DNA of 64,000 bases from the NCBI GenBank assembly GCA_977862235.1, contig OZ374562.1, positions 1,426,001-1,490,000 on the forward strand, written 5' to 3'. Under the pieces are notes generated by a model. That model made no database searches, was not told the origin of the DNA, and saw nothing but the letters and a program-made list of their open reading frames with translations. Source of the stretch: Dudresnaya verticillata. Its lineage: Eukaryota. Positions 9,895 to 22,100 of the stretch are shown here, one piece after another. Position 1 is the stretch's first letter. Each line of letters starts with the position of its first letter. Position numbers and translations under genes: made by a program.

Positions 9895-10995
9895 TCAAAT
9901 GTCTGAACTAGCCTGTTCCGGTTCAGAGCCATCATCCACAACGACAGCATCTGCAGCGCCATCTGCAGCAGGAGCACTGTTACGGCGGCGGGTTCGGCAG
10001 GCATGCGAGCGAGGGGCGAGGAGATCGGCATCCAACGTAAGCGGGCCAACACGCGGACCTGTCGGCATGGCGGTAGTTGGAACAGGGGCGGACAGCTTGT
10101 TCTTCTGTGCGTATAGAGCCAGAAAGGAGCCGAACTGTTCGCATTGGCGAGCTGCGATATCGGCACTAGCGGATGCGGCGTTAGCGCATATGGTCTGTGC
10201 GGCCAAGAGGTGGCGCTCGGCAGCACGGCGCTCGTCGTCTCGCTTCTTCTTTGCATCTTCCTTCTTCTGTTTCTCCGCCCCGTACGCTCTTTTCCTCTTC
10301 TGCAACCTTTCTGCCTTCTCCTTGCGGGATTCCTGGCGACGTGCCAGCATCTTTGCAGATCCGTCTGCAGATGTAGAGATGCGCTTCGCGGCCTTGGCCT
10401 TATACAGGAGGAGAGCCTGGTCTAAAACGTTCTGGGCGTCACCTTCCTTACCACCAGGCCTAACCGCCGCAAATTCTATGTCGTCGTCCTCACCAGCACT
10501 TCCATCCTCGTCCACCTTCTCTGCAACGATGACCTGTCTAGCTTGCTTCAAGGCTATAGAAGCGATGTAGAGGACGCTGTTTGGTTTGGTCGCAGCCATG
10601 TAGTCCCGCCTCCATGACATACCACAGGATTGCTGCTCTTGGACAATTAATGCATCGTTGACGTGACGCGAGCGATCCATTGTTGCAACCTGTCCGCACG
10701 TGGCCTCAAGCGTTCTCCCTTTTTGTACAGGAGCGCCTAAGACGGCCAGCTGCGTGAGAAGCCAAGCGCGCTCGACTTTGTTGGGAACGAAGCGAGACTC
10801 GCGCGATGAAGAGGGTATCGCCGACGGAGTGGTGACGCTTGATTGCGCTGCTGACGGAGCTGCAGACGAAGGGCGAGAAGAAGGCGATTCAAGGGAGTTA
10901 GGGGTGGGCGGAGGGGCTGCGTGTGCAGGAGGGGAAGCAGGGGGAGGTGATGCGGATGGAGACTTGATGCCCGAGGAAGGCGACTCGGAAGTCAT
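9895..10995 (-). CDS. 366-aa protein with Ser/Pro-rich N-terminus and Lys/Arg-rich coiled coil; putative second (accessory) ORF of the Harbinger element
   Basis: Intact ORF convergent on the transposase; removing the Pack insertion leaves the two stop codons ~21 bp apart. No Myb/SANT motif recognisable by eye. Confidence 0.55.
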   Translation of the reverse strand: MTSESPSSGIKSPSASPPPASPPAHAAPPPTPNSLESPSSRPSSAAPSAAQSSVTTPSAIPSSSRESRFVPNKVERAWLLTQLAVLGAPVQKGRTLEATCGQVATMDRSRHVNDALIVQEQQSCGMSWRRDYMAATKPNSVLYIASIALKQARQVIVAEKVDEDGSAGEDDDIEFAAVRPGGKEGDAQNVLDQALLLYKAKAAKRISTSADGSAKMLARRQESRKEKAERLQKRKRAYGAEKQKKEDAKKKRDDERRAAERHLLAAQTICANAASASADIAARQCEQFGSFLALYAQKNKLSAPVPTTAMPTGPRVGPLTLDADLLAPRSHACRTRRRNSAPAADGAADAVVVDDGSEPEQASSDI

Positions 10996-11229
10996 GATGG
11001 CGGGAGATACCGGAGGAGGCAGAAGGGAGGGAAGCCTCTCGGCGGATCTGAACAGTCGAGAAAGATGGTGTGCTCCGGCTGGGTCGCGCCGACTAAAACA
11101 GTCGTTTTCGAGACAAACGCAAAATAGAATACATTTTAACTGATGTGAGCGTTCCTAATTAAAACAATGTCTGGTGCAATGGACTAAATATGCCTGCGTT
11201 TAGTGTCATTTTCTGTTAATTAAAAACAG

Positions 11230-11609
11230 ATAATGCTGAGAACCCAACAGGATTGATGCGCGTTTGAACCCAGTTGGAGCTAACAGATTTCGTAACTGAT
11301 GCTGTAACTTAGATAGTGACATTGCAAAACGCCTCCCTAGGGAGGTGTCCTGTGAATTTGAAGGCGGATTGGGGGAGGCGCTTCTTGGAAATATCTCTCA
11401 GATATTCCAAATCGAGAGATATCTGGAGATTCTGGCCAACCACGCAACCGAAGCACTTGAGCTACGCCACACTACCACACGCCGCCCTATTCGTGCAAGG
11501 TACACAGAACTCCCACATCTGCCCCATACGCGGCCAGATAACCGCCAGAAATGTGCAGTGCATCACCCGGTGGGTTGGGGCTTGAAGCGTACCAAGATTG
11601 TGTCTCACT
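11230..11609 (+). repeat. Long direct repeat, right copy (380 bp)
   Basis: Near-identical to 5026-5402. Confidence 0.95.
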
Positions 11610-12299
11610 GGCAGTCAGCGTTACGGTCCTCACGTGGTCCTGTCGGGGAGGCCCCCGGCGGGTGATGGATGTCGTGGCATGCTGTATGCGGGTTGATGGC
11701 GAGGTATGGCTTGATGGAAAGGGCAGGGGACGGGAGCGAGACGGATGGGGTGGCGGCGGTGGGCCGGGGGTCACAGATGTGTAGTTGGCGCAAAGCGAGC
11801 ATCACGTCCTGCTTCGGCACCGTGAAGTGCATCGTAGCCAGACCGGATACCGACGCACGTAAGGCCACACGCACCTGCCCATGGCAGTTGAGGTCGATGC
11901 GATGCGGCGTGAGCGTGGTACTATCGCATGGGGTCGAGGTGGAGTCTATGTCGCACTCCATTGCGAAAGTGGGACGGCTGAGGTGCTGGTGCCCGGCTGG
12001 GGAGGATGGTACGCGGTACGGTACGTGTTGAGGTTGGGAAAGACGGTCTCTACTACCGCGATTTTGATTTCAAATCCATGGGCAATTCGTTAGGGTAAAC
12101 CCTGAAAGTCCAGGAGTGCAAGTAGTCTAACATAAGAAACGAAGTTCCTCGCTGCGCTTGAAGCGTCAGACAGCGCAGGGCGTTGAAGCGTCAGGCAGCG
12201 CAGAACTCCCCCCTGTATCTCCCCGGCACTCAGTGCGGCCTGCATCTCTGGAAAGCCGCAGGGGATCATTCCTACCTGGCGCAGGCACCAGCCGCGACG

Positions 12300-12560
12300 G
12301 GCGCGTCCACCGCTTCCCACCAGCACTACTCCTGTCGGACCACCAAGATCGGAAACTGGCAGTTCGGTGGCATCTCGGCACGTTCCCGATACCCCCCAAA
12401 AGCCCATCCAAGCGTGCTGCCCTCCGCCAACCCGCTGCTACTCTACACAAGCTCGCGCTACGCGAACCCACCCCTCAAGATCCCAAAGAAATAGCGGAAG
12501 CCATCTACCTGATCCGAGCGGCCTGCCAAGAAGAATTCCCTCTTCCCCTCCCGCAAGAGC
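12300..12560 (+). repeat. Coding remnant homologous to ~41430-41700 (-); possibly the 3' end of a non-LTR retrotransposon
   Basis: DHQDRKLAVRWHLGTFPIPP...QDP...IRAACQE.FPL vs DHQDRKLATRWHLGTFPIPP...QDP...IRSICSERLPL. Confidence 0.5.
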
Positions 12561-13231
12561 ACTCGACATCGCCTCAATATACCACAGCCCGAAAGTGTGT
12601 GTCTGCAAATGGGCCATTGCCGCCCGCGCAGGACGACTCAAAACAAAACACCAATAAATCAAACTTCACGTCTGTAGCTATTGACATAGCACGGCTCGCG
12701 CCATCCGAACAATGGGGGTGGGAAAAAAGCCGTCCCGTTGGACCGGACCGCCGCCTCGTGCCCTCGCCGCAATCAACTGCAACATCCGCTAGGGGTGTGG
12801 GTAGAAAGACGTTTGCACCGTGCGAGAAGCGAGGGACCCGGACTGGGAGCGAACCGACTTTGGAAGTCCATCCTTCGAAGCTTGGCGTAGCAGTGGGAAG
12901 TCGGGGACAGCTCCACCGCTACCTTTGTGCTGTTGTTGCAACTGCCACAGCACATCACCAGAGAGAAGACGATAGTAGTGCTCTTCGTCCCAACCCCTAC
13001 GAACGCCATTACTAATAATTACTAATTACTAATTAGCAGAGATAATTGCCTCCTTCAATTGTTCTCGTGAGCTTCTGCAGCGACGAGTGCGAACCGTCTC
13101 TCTCACACATTGCGCTGACCCCCTCTCTGTCCGTGATCGTTTATTTTCTGGCCGTAAGGGGTTCCTATACTAGCACTTACGCAGAGGCATTAATGGACCG
13201 GTGAGCCGATAGCGTAGTTCTGCATTCGGGA

Positions 13232-13404
13232 TAGATACCTACTGAAGTAGGCTCTTAAGTAGGGAGCACCACAGCACTACACCAAGCAAAGCCACACTGA
13301 AGCGGCAATAGCTTAGTGGTTGCTTTTTGCTTGGTCCGCCATGGAGGTCGTGGGATCGAGTCCCGCGGGTGTGTGCACGTGCGAAGCTGGAGAGTAGTCT
13401 ACAG
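13232..13404 (+). repeat. Dispersed repeat with a tRNA-like Pol III A/B-box core (SINE-like), copy 1
   Basis: A box TAGCTTAGTGG (13309-13319); B-box/T-arm GTGGG-ATCGAGT-CCCGC (~13350-13366); second copy inverted at 32206-32389. Confidence 0.55.
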
Positions 13405-13543
13405 TCCTCATGCGAATGTGCGGTCGTGGCCGACGCGCCGAGCGGTGAGTTCCACATTGCGCGGTCCCGACTCACCAGCGCCTGCGGCGGCGTCGCGCCC
13501 GCCCCTTCGACATGAGCAAGTCATCGCTTCCGCACGCTGCGAC

Positions 13544-16500
13544 TGTTGAAGTCTGACTGCAACTTACGAGCTGGACCTGCAATTTGAGCAAATGGCGCAC
13601 TTTTAATTGTAGGCACTGGCGCAAGTCTAATTGATAGCGTTGGTGTAGTTCTAATTGTAAGAACAGTAGGTTCTCGGAATTACCAGTAGGGTAGAAGACA
13701 CATAAAGAACAAGCTGCGACTGCTTACTGGGAATAGCCTAGGAAAGTAATGCAACAAGTTGAACAGCTCTCTTACACCTTTCAACAGGTTATGGGCCCAG
13801 AGCAGCGTCACTAAGTCTGCGTAAGCAAGTACTTTTAAACCGCTACAACTTGGTTTGAGCCGTCGTTGAAGCGCGCCGCCTCTAGGCGAGCGTTGCTGTG
13901 TCAACCAAGAAAACCAGGTCAGTTCAACATGGACAGAGAAGATGATACGGTTGAGACATCCAGATTCCGTATCGAGAAACGCAATGCCAGCAACTACTAC
14001 ATTTGGTGAAGGAAGATCGAAGTGGTGCTGAGAGGAAAAGGGCTATGGGGTGTGGTCTCAGGAGAAAAAGACCAGCCGGAAGACTCAGATACAGAAGAGC
14101 TCAAGAAGTTCAGCAGAAGAAAAGACCAAGCACTTAGCTATATATTTTTGTCCATAGATGACACTGTATGTGCTACCGTGATCGACCTGAAGGATCCCAA
14201 GGAGATTTGGGGAAAGCTCAAGAAAATGTTTGAAGCAGTATCAGAAGCCTCTATAGACGCCCATATTACAGAGTACCAAGGCCTTAAGATGAAGCATGGT
14301 GAGAAATTAATGGCATACGTCAGTCGGTTGAGTGCGGTAGAAATCAAACTCACGTCTGTAGGCCATGTTCTTAAGGACGCGGAGAAAATGCGTGCCTTGC
14401 TGCGAGGGCTTACGGATGACTTCCAAATTGCTCGAGAAGTCATTAGGACCACTGAACTATCATACTCACAGGCCTTGTCTCAGTTAATACTGAGAGAGGC
14501 AACCAAGAAGGAAGAAGGTGGTGAGGATAATGATGAAGAGACATCCACCAAGGCACTAGCCAGTTACTGGAAAACATTAAATGCCACTACTGCGGTAAGA
14601 AAGGGCATAAGAAGTCCGAGTGCTTTTGTAATCCAGAGAGCAAGAACTACCGCCCTAGAAATGGGAATAGAAACGGGAAGTTCAAAGGACAGAAGAAACA
14701 AGAGAAGGATGGTAATCGGGGAGAACAAGGGAATTATAACCCTAACCCAGGATCAGGATACATCACATTTGTTTCACACAAGGTGCATGAGCACTAATGC
14801 CAAAGGGACTCAAAGTTTTAAGAACAAGTGGCTAATAGACTCAGGTGCAACTTCTAATATGTGTAACCAGCAGAACATATTCAAAGAGATCAATGAGGAC
14901 TCGAAATCAGTTTCTGTGGGAAATGGTGCAAAAGCCGAAGTGAAAGGAATTGGATGCATCAGTGGTACTGTTAATGTAGAGGGAAAAACGACTAACCCCA
15001 GGATGAAGGACGTTTTATATGTCCCTAATCTCATGTGCAACCTAATATCGGTAAGCAAACTGAGACAGGCTGGCCTAATCGTTTCCTTCGACACCGACGA
15101 GAATGGGAGAGGAGTCTGTTTGGTGACAAATAAGGGAGACAAAGGTATTATTCTGAAGGGAATTGAAACTGAAGGGCTATATGAGGTCAACTTCGAACCT
15201 GACCCCAAGACTACTTACAAGTCAGTAACTGCACGAACCAATATGTCCACTGCTGAAAAACAAGTGTTGTGGCACGAAAGACTTGGCCATGTTGGGAAGG
15301 AGACAGTACAGAAGAGCATACCAATTGTATCAGGTATTGATATTAAAGACGCTCACTAAATAGGCACATGCGAAAAATGTGCGAAAGCGAAGTCCAAGCG
15401 CAGTGTCAGACCAGCTATGAAAGAGGAAGACAGAAATAATACGAAGCTACTGGACCTGGCTCATGTGGATATCGTTGGACCTGTTGAGACGACATCACTC
15501 AATGGTTCCAGATACTTCATAACTCTATATGAAGACTCTTGTGCTTTGTCGTTGATAAGATTTTTTGACACAAGAAAGGCGGCCGGAAAACATCTCAAGG
15601 ACATGATAACTGAACTTGAAACCGTAGCTGGGATCAAAATTCAACGAGTTATCATTCGCAGGCTATTACCAAATCAAGAAAAACTACCCCTTGAAAAATT
15701 GAAGCGACTTCGTTCTGACAATGCGAAGGAGTTCATCTCAAACAACTTTACAAAGTGGCTTTCTGACCGAGGTACAGTCCAAGAGCTCTCCTCCCCATAT
15801 TCACCGGAACCCAATGGAAAAGCAGAGAGGCATAATAGGACCCTGATGGACATGGCCAGGAGCATGTTAGCCAACATTTATGGTGAAATTGGACACAAGA
15901 AACTGTGGGCAGAAGCAGTAAAAACTGCGAACTATCTTCGTAATAGAATGTTCACGAGAGCTTGCAACCAAGAAAATATGACACCATTTGAGGCTGTTAC
16001 TGGTCGTAAACCTGACCTATCGCATCTTCGAATATTTCGCTCTAAGGCCTACGTCCATACACCTAAGAAGAAGAGGAAGGAGAAGTTTGGACCAAGAGCT
16101 CGAAAAGGTATTCTAGTTGGATATGGAAATGGTAACAGTTACAAAGTATATTTTCCAGAGAAAGGAACTGTAGAAGTATCCAGGGATGTAACATTTGATG
16201 AAGGGATATTTTCGGAAACTCTCAAGGAACACAGTATAATCGAAAATGATGAGAAGAAATGTCAAGAAATTGAATTGCAGGAAGCCTCAGATGTGAACTC
16301 AGAAGAAGGTAGAAACGAATCTCCAGGACCAGGACTAGAAAGCACAGAAAACATTGGAGAAGACAATTCAGACATAGAAGGGGAAGATTTGCAAGATGTT
16401 ACACATTTTCCCGACGTTTGTCGGTCGTCAAGAGTCTCACAAGCTCCTACAAGATACAATCCCTCAGCCAACATAGCATTGGCGGCGCGACTTGGGAACG

Positions 16501-18350
16501 AAACACCAGAGGCACCTCTGACGTACGAGGAAGCTTTGGGAACTCCAGAAAAGGATGCATGGAAAGAAGCTATGGCCGAGGAGATATACTCCATAAATTC
16601 AATGAAGGCATGGGAACTTGTGCCTCGCCCATCAAATGTCAAGCCACTCACACCGAAGTGGACCTTCGTGGAGAAAAGAGACTCTAAGAAAAATTTGACA
16701 CGTCGTAAGGCTAGACTCGTAGCGAGAGTATATGAGCAACAGCATGGAATTGACTACAATGAGACCTTTTCGCCGGTAGCGAGGTACTCCTCGCTAAGGT
16801 ACCTCCTCGCTTTTGCAACAGATGAGGACTTGGAACTACTTCAGCTCGACGTCAAGACAGCGTTTTTGAATGGGAAACTAGATGAGGTAATTTTTCTCGA
16901 GCAACCCAAAGGCTTTATTGACGTGGCTAACCCGCAATACGTGTACAAGCTTCTCAAGGCACTTTACGGACTCAAACAGGCTTCCCGCGCATGGCGTAGA
17001 ACCATTGACAGCCTTCTTCGTTCCTTGGGGTTTAAGCAGTCTCAAACCGATCCGACGTTATACATACTACATTATGGTAATCGGAAAGTGTACATACTTG
17101 TCTATGTAGATGACATGCTACTAGCCGGCAAAGATGGCAACAAGCTTATGGACATAGCTATGTACATAGGAAAGAAGGTTACAATAACAGTGGAACGGGA
17201 CGTGAGAAAGTTTATAGGTATTCTTATCCGTCGTGACGTGAAGGATGGTACGCTGAAAATGTACAACCCGCACATCGTGGACACAATTCTCTGCAAGTTC
17301 CGAATGAATTATTGCAGGCCGGCCAGAACACCATTACCATATGGCGTCGTATTGGACGCGGACGCAACAGGATCCAACAAGCAAGGGGGGTCTCCAGAAC
17401 TGACAGAGCGAGTTCCATACCGTGAGCTTGTTGGCACCCTTCTTCACCTTGCCAATACAACACGCCCGGACATTGCTTATAGCGGGGCCGTTCTGTCCAG
17501 ATACATGCATAACCCCCATACAGTACATTGGAATGCTGCTAAACATATTCTAAGATAATTAAAGGCCACACAACACGGTGGCCTCGTCTACAAGAGAAGT
17601 ACAAAGGATGGAAGAACGCTATGTGGATACTGTGATTCAGACTTTGCCAGAGACAGAATGGATAGGAAGTCGACAAGTGGCTCTGTATTCCTAAGCGCTG
17701 GTGGCGCCATCTCATGGCGCAGCAAGAAACAGACAATAGTCGCTCAGTCCAGTGTGGAAGCAGAATACGTCTCTACGTCATTTGCGGTTAGAGAACTCAT
17801 TTGGCTACGGCGTATGTACCGCGACTTTTATGGCAGAGATATTCCATCAATCACCCTATACGCAGACAATCAGGGCGCGATCGGATTAGGAAAGGATGAG
17901 ATCTGCAATGAGCGGACAAAACACATTGATGTCCAGTACCATTTTATTAGAGACCATATCAAGAAGGGCAATGTGAAACTCCTATACGTTTCAACTCAGC
18001 AAATGGTTGCTGACATAATGACAAAGATCTTACCGACCAGTAAGCACAAGTACTTCACCGACAGACTGGGAATAGACATGAGAGAGATGGATCAGCTCGA
18101 GGGGGAGTGTTGAAGTCTGACTGCAACTTACGAGCTGGACCTGCAATTTGAGCAAATGGCGCACTTCTAATTGTAGGCACTGGCGCAAGTCTAATTGATA
18201 GCGTTGGTGTAGTTCTAATTGTAAGAACAGTAGGTTCTCGGAATTACCAGTAGGGTAGAAGACACATAAAGAACAAGCTGCGACTGCTTACTGGGAATAG
18301 CCTAGGAAAGTAATGCAACAAGTTGAACAGCTCTCTTACACCTTTCAACA
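13544..18350 (+). mobile_element. Full-length Ty1/Copia LTR retrotransposon (defective)
   Basis: 243-bp LTRs at 13544-13786 and 18108-18350 (TG...CA, one mismatch); TSD GCGAC; PBS GGTTATGGGCCCAG; PPT GAGGGGGAG. Confidence 0.97.
13929..18113 (+). pseudogene. Copia gag-pol polyprotein with stops and frameshifts
   Basis: Gag, out-of-frame knuckle CHYCGKKGHKKSEC, protease WLIDSGAT, WHERLGH, integrase RSDNAKEF and NGKAER, RT QLDVKTAFL and YVDD, RNase H KHIDVQYH; stops near 14008, 15357 and 17556. Confidence 0.93.
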
Positions 18351-19188
18351 GCGACCAGGTAGCGGCGGCTGGAACCATGCACGTTGAGCGTGCTGTCGTG
18401 AGGGCTCCCCATGCGCCCTTGGCTCGGCATCTTCGTGCGCATGTGCAACCGACACGCACGGCGCTCGCTTTAACACGCTGAGATTCTTCTGCCAGGCGTC
18501 CTGGTGCAGACTCCAACTGATGTGGATAGCGTCTGCCGATATGTGTCCGCTCTGGAGCAGTTGTGGTACCAGAGCTGGTGCGATGATACTTTGTCTGGCC
18601 GTCCAAGCAGGTTGTTACACCTGAGCGCTATCGACGTGCTATTCAGGTCAGGACCCGCTGCGCGGAAACGGCTGCGCCGTTTAGCTCCTGACCTGAAATT
18701 CCGCTGCGCGGACAATGGCTGCGCCATTGAGCTACGTGGCACCGCCAGGTCTGCGACCGGGTGCCACGTGCAGCTGCTTGGCTGACGTTGTGAAGCAGTA
18801 GCAGGTCTCCTGGATTTATCCAGGCGCTGGTAATAATCTTCTGGTCGACAGGCAGCGCCTGATACGCAATCAGAATGAGATCACGGGCGTGTCCCCACGC
18901 CACAGCACCGACCCGGCGTTTCGTGTGGCCTGCGGCCCACGGTATACGCGGCAAGTCAATCTTCCTGTGCTTCTCGCTGCGAGAGGCACAGTCCCCTGTC
19001 TTTGGTAGCAGAACGCGAGCCGCGTTCTCAATAAAGGCAGCCCTCTCTCGGAGAACTGACCGAGCGGAGGAGCAACGCCACCCACCGCGACGGTGCTCCT
19101 CTCCTAGGAATTCGCAGTAATTACTTCGCTTCAAGCCCGCGCGGGGAAGCCTGAGGAAAACCGTACGTCAGTGGTGACAGTAGGCACT

Positions 19189-22100
19189 ATGCCGCCAAGG
19201 AGGAAGACTACAAATGCCGATAGCGATGCCGTCAGGCAGACTATCGTGGAAACCGTCGAAGCCCCTAGGCTGAAAGGTATCAAGACGCAAGATTTCGTCG
19301 CGTTCAAGCAGAAGCGTGAGATCTACATGCGACGCGTTCAGGAGAAAAGCGCCGAGCAGAGCGTTGATATTCCAACAACGTCTCTCTACAACTCCATCGA
19401 GAAGCCGATTCTTGGCATGTTTGTCACGGCTCAATGGGTTCCCGTTCAGGTTACGTCCGACATTACCGAGGACCACCTGGAAGCTTGTATTGAAGAGCGT
19501 GCTGAAGTTGCGTACGAGGACTACGACCTCGCAAGGATCGAAAAGGACATCTCCAAGGTCCGGATCGACACGTCGGAGAAATCACTCGAGGTTCAGATTT
19601 GGAACCTGAGTCTCGACTACGCGACCAAGCTGGAAGAAATGGGCTACTCTCAGTTCATTCAGAAGCAGCCCAAGGTAGCAATTGGACACATTCTATCCAG
19701 GATAACGCACGACCAGTTGCGTAAGCGCATGAAACTGACATTCAGGCTGCGCAAGGATGAGTTTAAAAACAACTACGCCCTATTTATTAGGGAAGTGGCC
19801 AAGGAGGCCAAGTTGGTCGACCGCCACGAAGCCGCAAGTGCCATTCAGGACAAGGCTGACTCCGACCTGGAAGTTACGCCTGTCCATTCAGGACGACCCA
19901 AGAAGAATCGCCGCAAGAAGGGATCGAGCAGAAAGGAAAAGGACGATGCTGGAAACTCGTCTGGAAATGCGCAGGATAAGAAGGGCGATGACAGGTCCAA
20001 CAAACGCAGTCGCCCTAACTGTCTTAATCCGAAATGCAACGAACAGCACTTCATGCGCGAATGCAACAACACTTCCGAAGAAGACAAAAGGAAGTTGTTG
20101 GCTGCATATCACGAGAAGAAAAAGGCTAAGTCTGGAAGCATCAAGAAACTTTCTTCGCCTTCGAACCTGGATAATACTTCAATGTTTTCTGCCAAATTCT
20201 GCGATGGAGCCATTGATGGCTTTGTCCTGGCAGACCAAGGGTCCGATGCGAACGTGCTACCTCCACAAACTCTCGACCGAATGGTTCAGGTTGATCCTAA
20301 CCTGAAAGTGACTGACCTGGAAAATCCTACTTCGTTCGAGATGGTAGACACGACTGCGTCCCCGCTCACCTGTAGCCGCAAGGTTACAGCGTCTGTGCTA
20401 CTTAGCATCCGCCATGGTTCTAACCTGTGCCTGCGCCGCGTGCAGTGGCACGCGGCAGACAAGGCTTTACCTCACGCACTCATCAGCCGCCATGTCCTGA
20501 GTGCTCTCGGACTGGACAATCGCATTCTCCTCGCCGCTGCGAGTGAGCGATTCCAAGTCGATGTGGACGTCGAGAACCTACTCAAGAATCAAGACGGTGA
20601 AGAAACCGCGCGCCGGCAGGTGCAATTCACAGTCTGGTGCGTCCCGATTCTGAGTTCGGTACCACGTACCATAGCCATGGTGAACCCAAAGACGATGCTC
20701 TTGATGACGCCGACATCTACATAGACCTAGGATATGACAAGCCAGGGTAGCTAGAAGCAGCTCTGACTGACCGCGTTGAGCAAGCTCGCGCTAATGGCAT
20801 GTCTCATTCAGGCTGTGACAAATTGTCCAATATGTTCATCAAGTACAACTCGGTTTTCGAGTAAGGCTGGGAAAATCCCCACCAGCCAATGTGGAACCTA
20901 TGAGGGTCCGACTTGCGCCGGAAAGCAGACCGGTGCGGGTCAAAGCGCGACGCTATTCACCCGAACAGCGTGCGTTCATGGAGAAATATGCTGACAAGCT
21001 CCTGGAAATGGACTTCGCTTTGGTTATGCCGACCGCGGCTTGGCAGGCTGCCCCGCTGATCGTGCCCAAACCAGGCTCAAGATCCAAGTACAGGATGGCC
21101 ATAGACTTGCGTCCCGTTAATGCGGCGACACTCAAGGAGTCATGGCCGATGCCGCATCTCGATTCAGAAGTACTAGACTTTGCTGGCAGCTCATGCTTTG
21201 CAAGTTTGGACTTCGTCTCTGCTTATTGGCAACTACCGTTGCATCCTGAATCGTACAGCTCGTGTGGGATCGTTATGCCACGGACCCTGCTTGCATCCAA
21301 GCGAGTACTACCCGGTCTGGCAAACGCCACATCCTACTTCCAGAGTACCGTTGAGCCCCTGTTCAGCGAGCTCCGAGCTAACCTAAAAGCTTGGTTAGAC
21401 GATTTCAGTGCTCATGCTCATAACGAAGACCATCTTCTTCGTATCCTGGAACGATTCTTCCAGATCTGCCACCAGCATGGACTCTTTATTTCAGCTCTCA
21501 AGTCTGTCTTTTTTCCAAGGAGATGAAGTGGTGTGGGCGCATAATCACTGGCGAAGGGTACCGCTTCGACCCTTCACGCCTTTCTGCGCTTCAGGATATG
21601 GACTTACCCCACACTGCTGCTGAGCTAGCAGAGTTTATCTACTGCTGTAGGTGGATGGCGACGTGTATACCGGACTTCGCACAGCTGGTTGCTCCGCTCA
21701 CGTCTGTTCTGGAGGAGGCGTACTCCCGCTCAGGTAAACGCACTAAGCGTTCCATCAAGCATATAGAGTTGAGCATTCTGTCCTGGGGCACTCCCCATGC
21801 GGACGCTTTCCGCAAACTACAGGACACACTGCGCAACTCTGTTACCCTGTCTCATCCGAGACCTGGAATGGAGATATGCGTATTCACGGATGCATCAGAT
21901 CGATTCTGGTCTTCCGTCGTAACCCAGACTCAACCAGAAGATCTGGAGTTACCCATTGAGGAGCAACGACACGAGCCGTTAGCTTTCCTCGGTGCGGAGT
22001 TCAAAGGAGCTGAAGTCGGATGGAGCACGTTTGAGAAAGAGGCCTTCGCCATCTTCAAAACTTTCGATAAGCTCGACTACATCCTGACTGGAGCTAACCC

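Noticed and set aside
6503..9901. AAATG as a 5-bp TSD of the GC-rich insert
   Set aside because: Asymmetric relative to the inverted termini and would remove the 366-aa ORF's stop codon; TTC abuts both termini exactly.
13302..13375. Functional tRNA gene
   Set aside because: Acceptor and anticodon stems do not pair; kept only as a tRNA-derived repeat.
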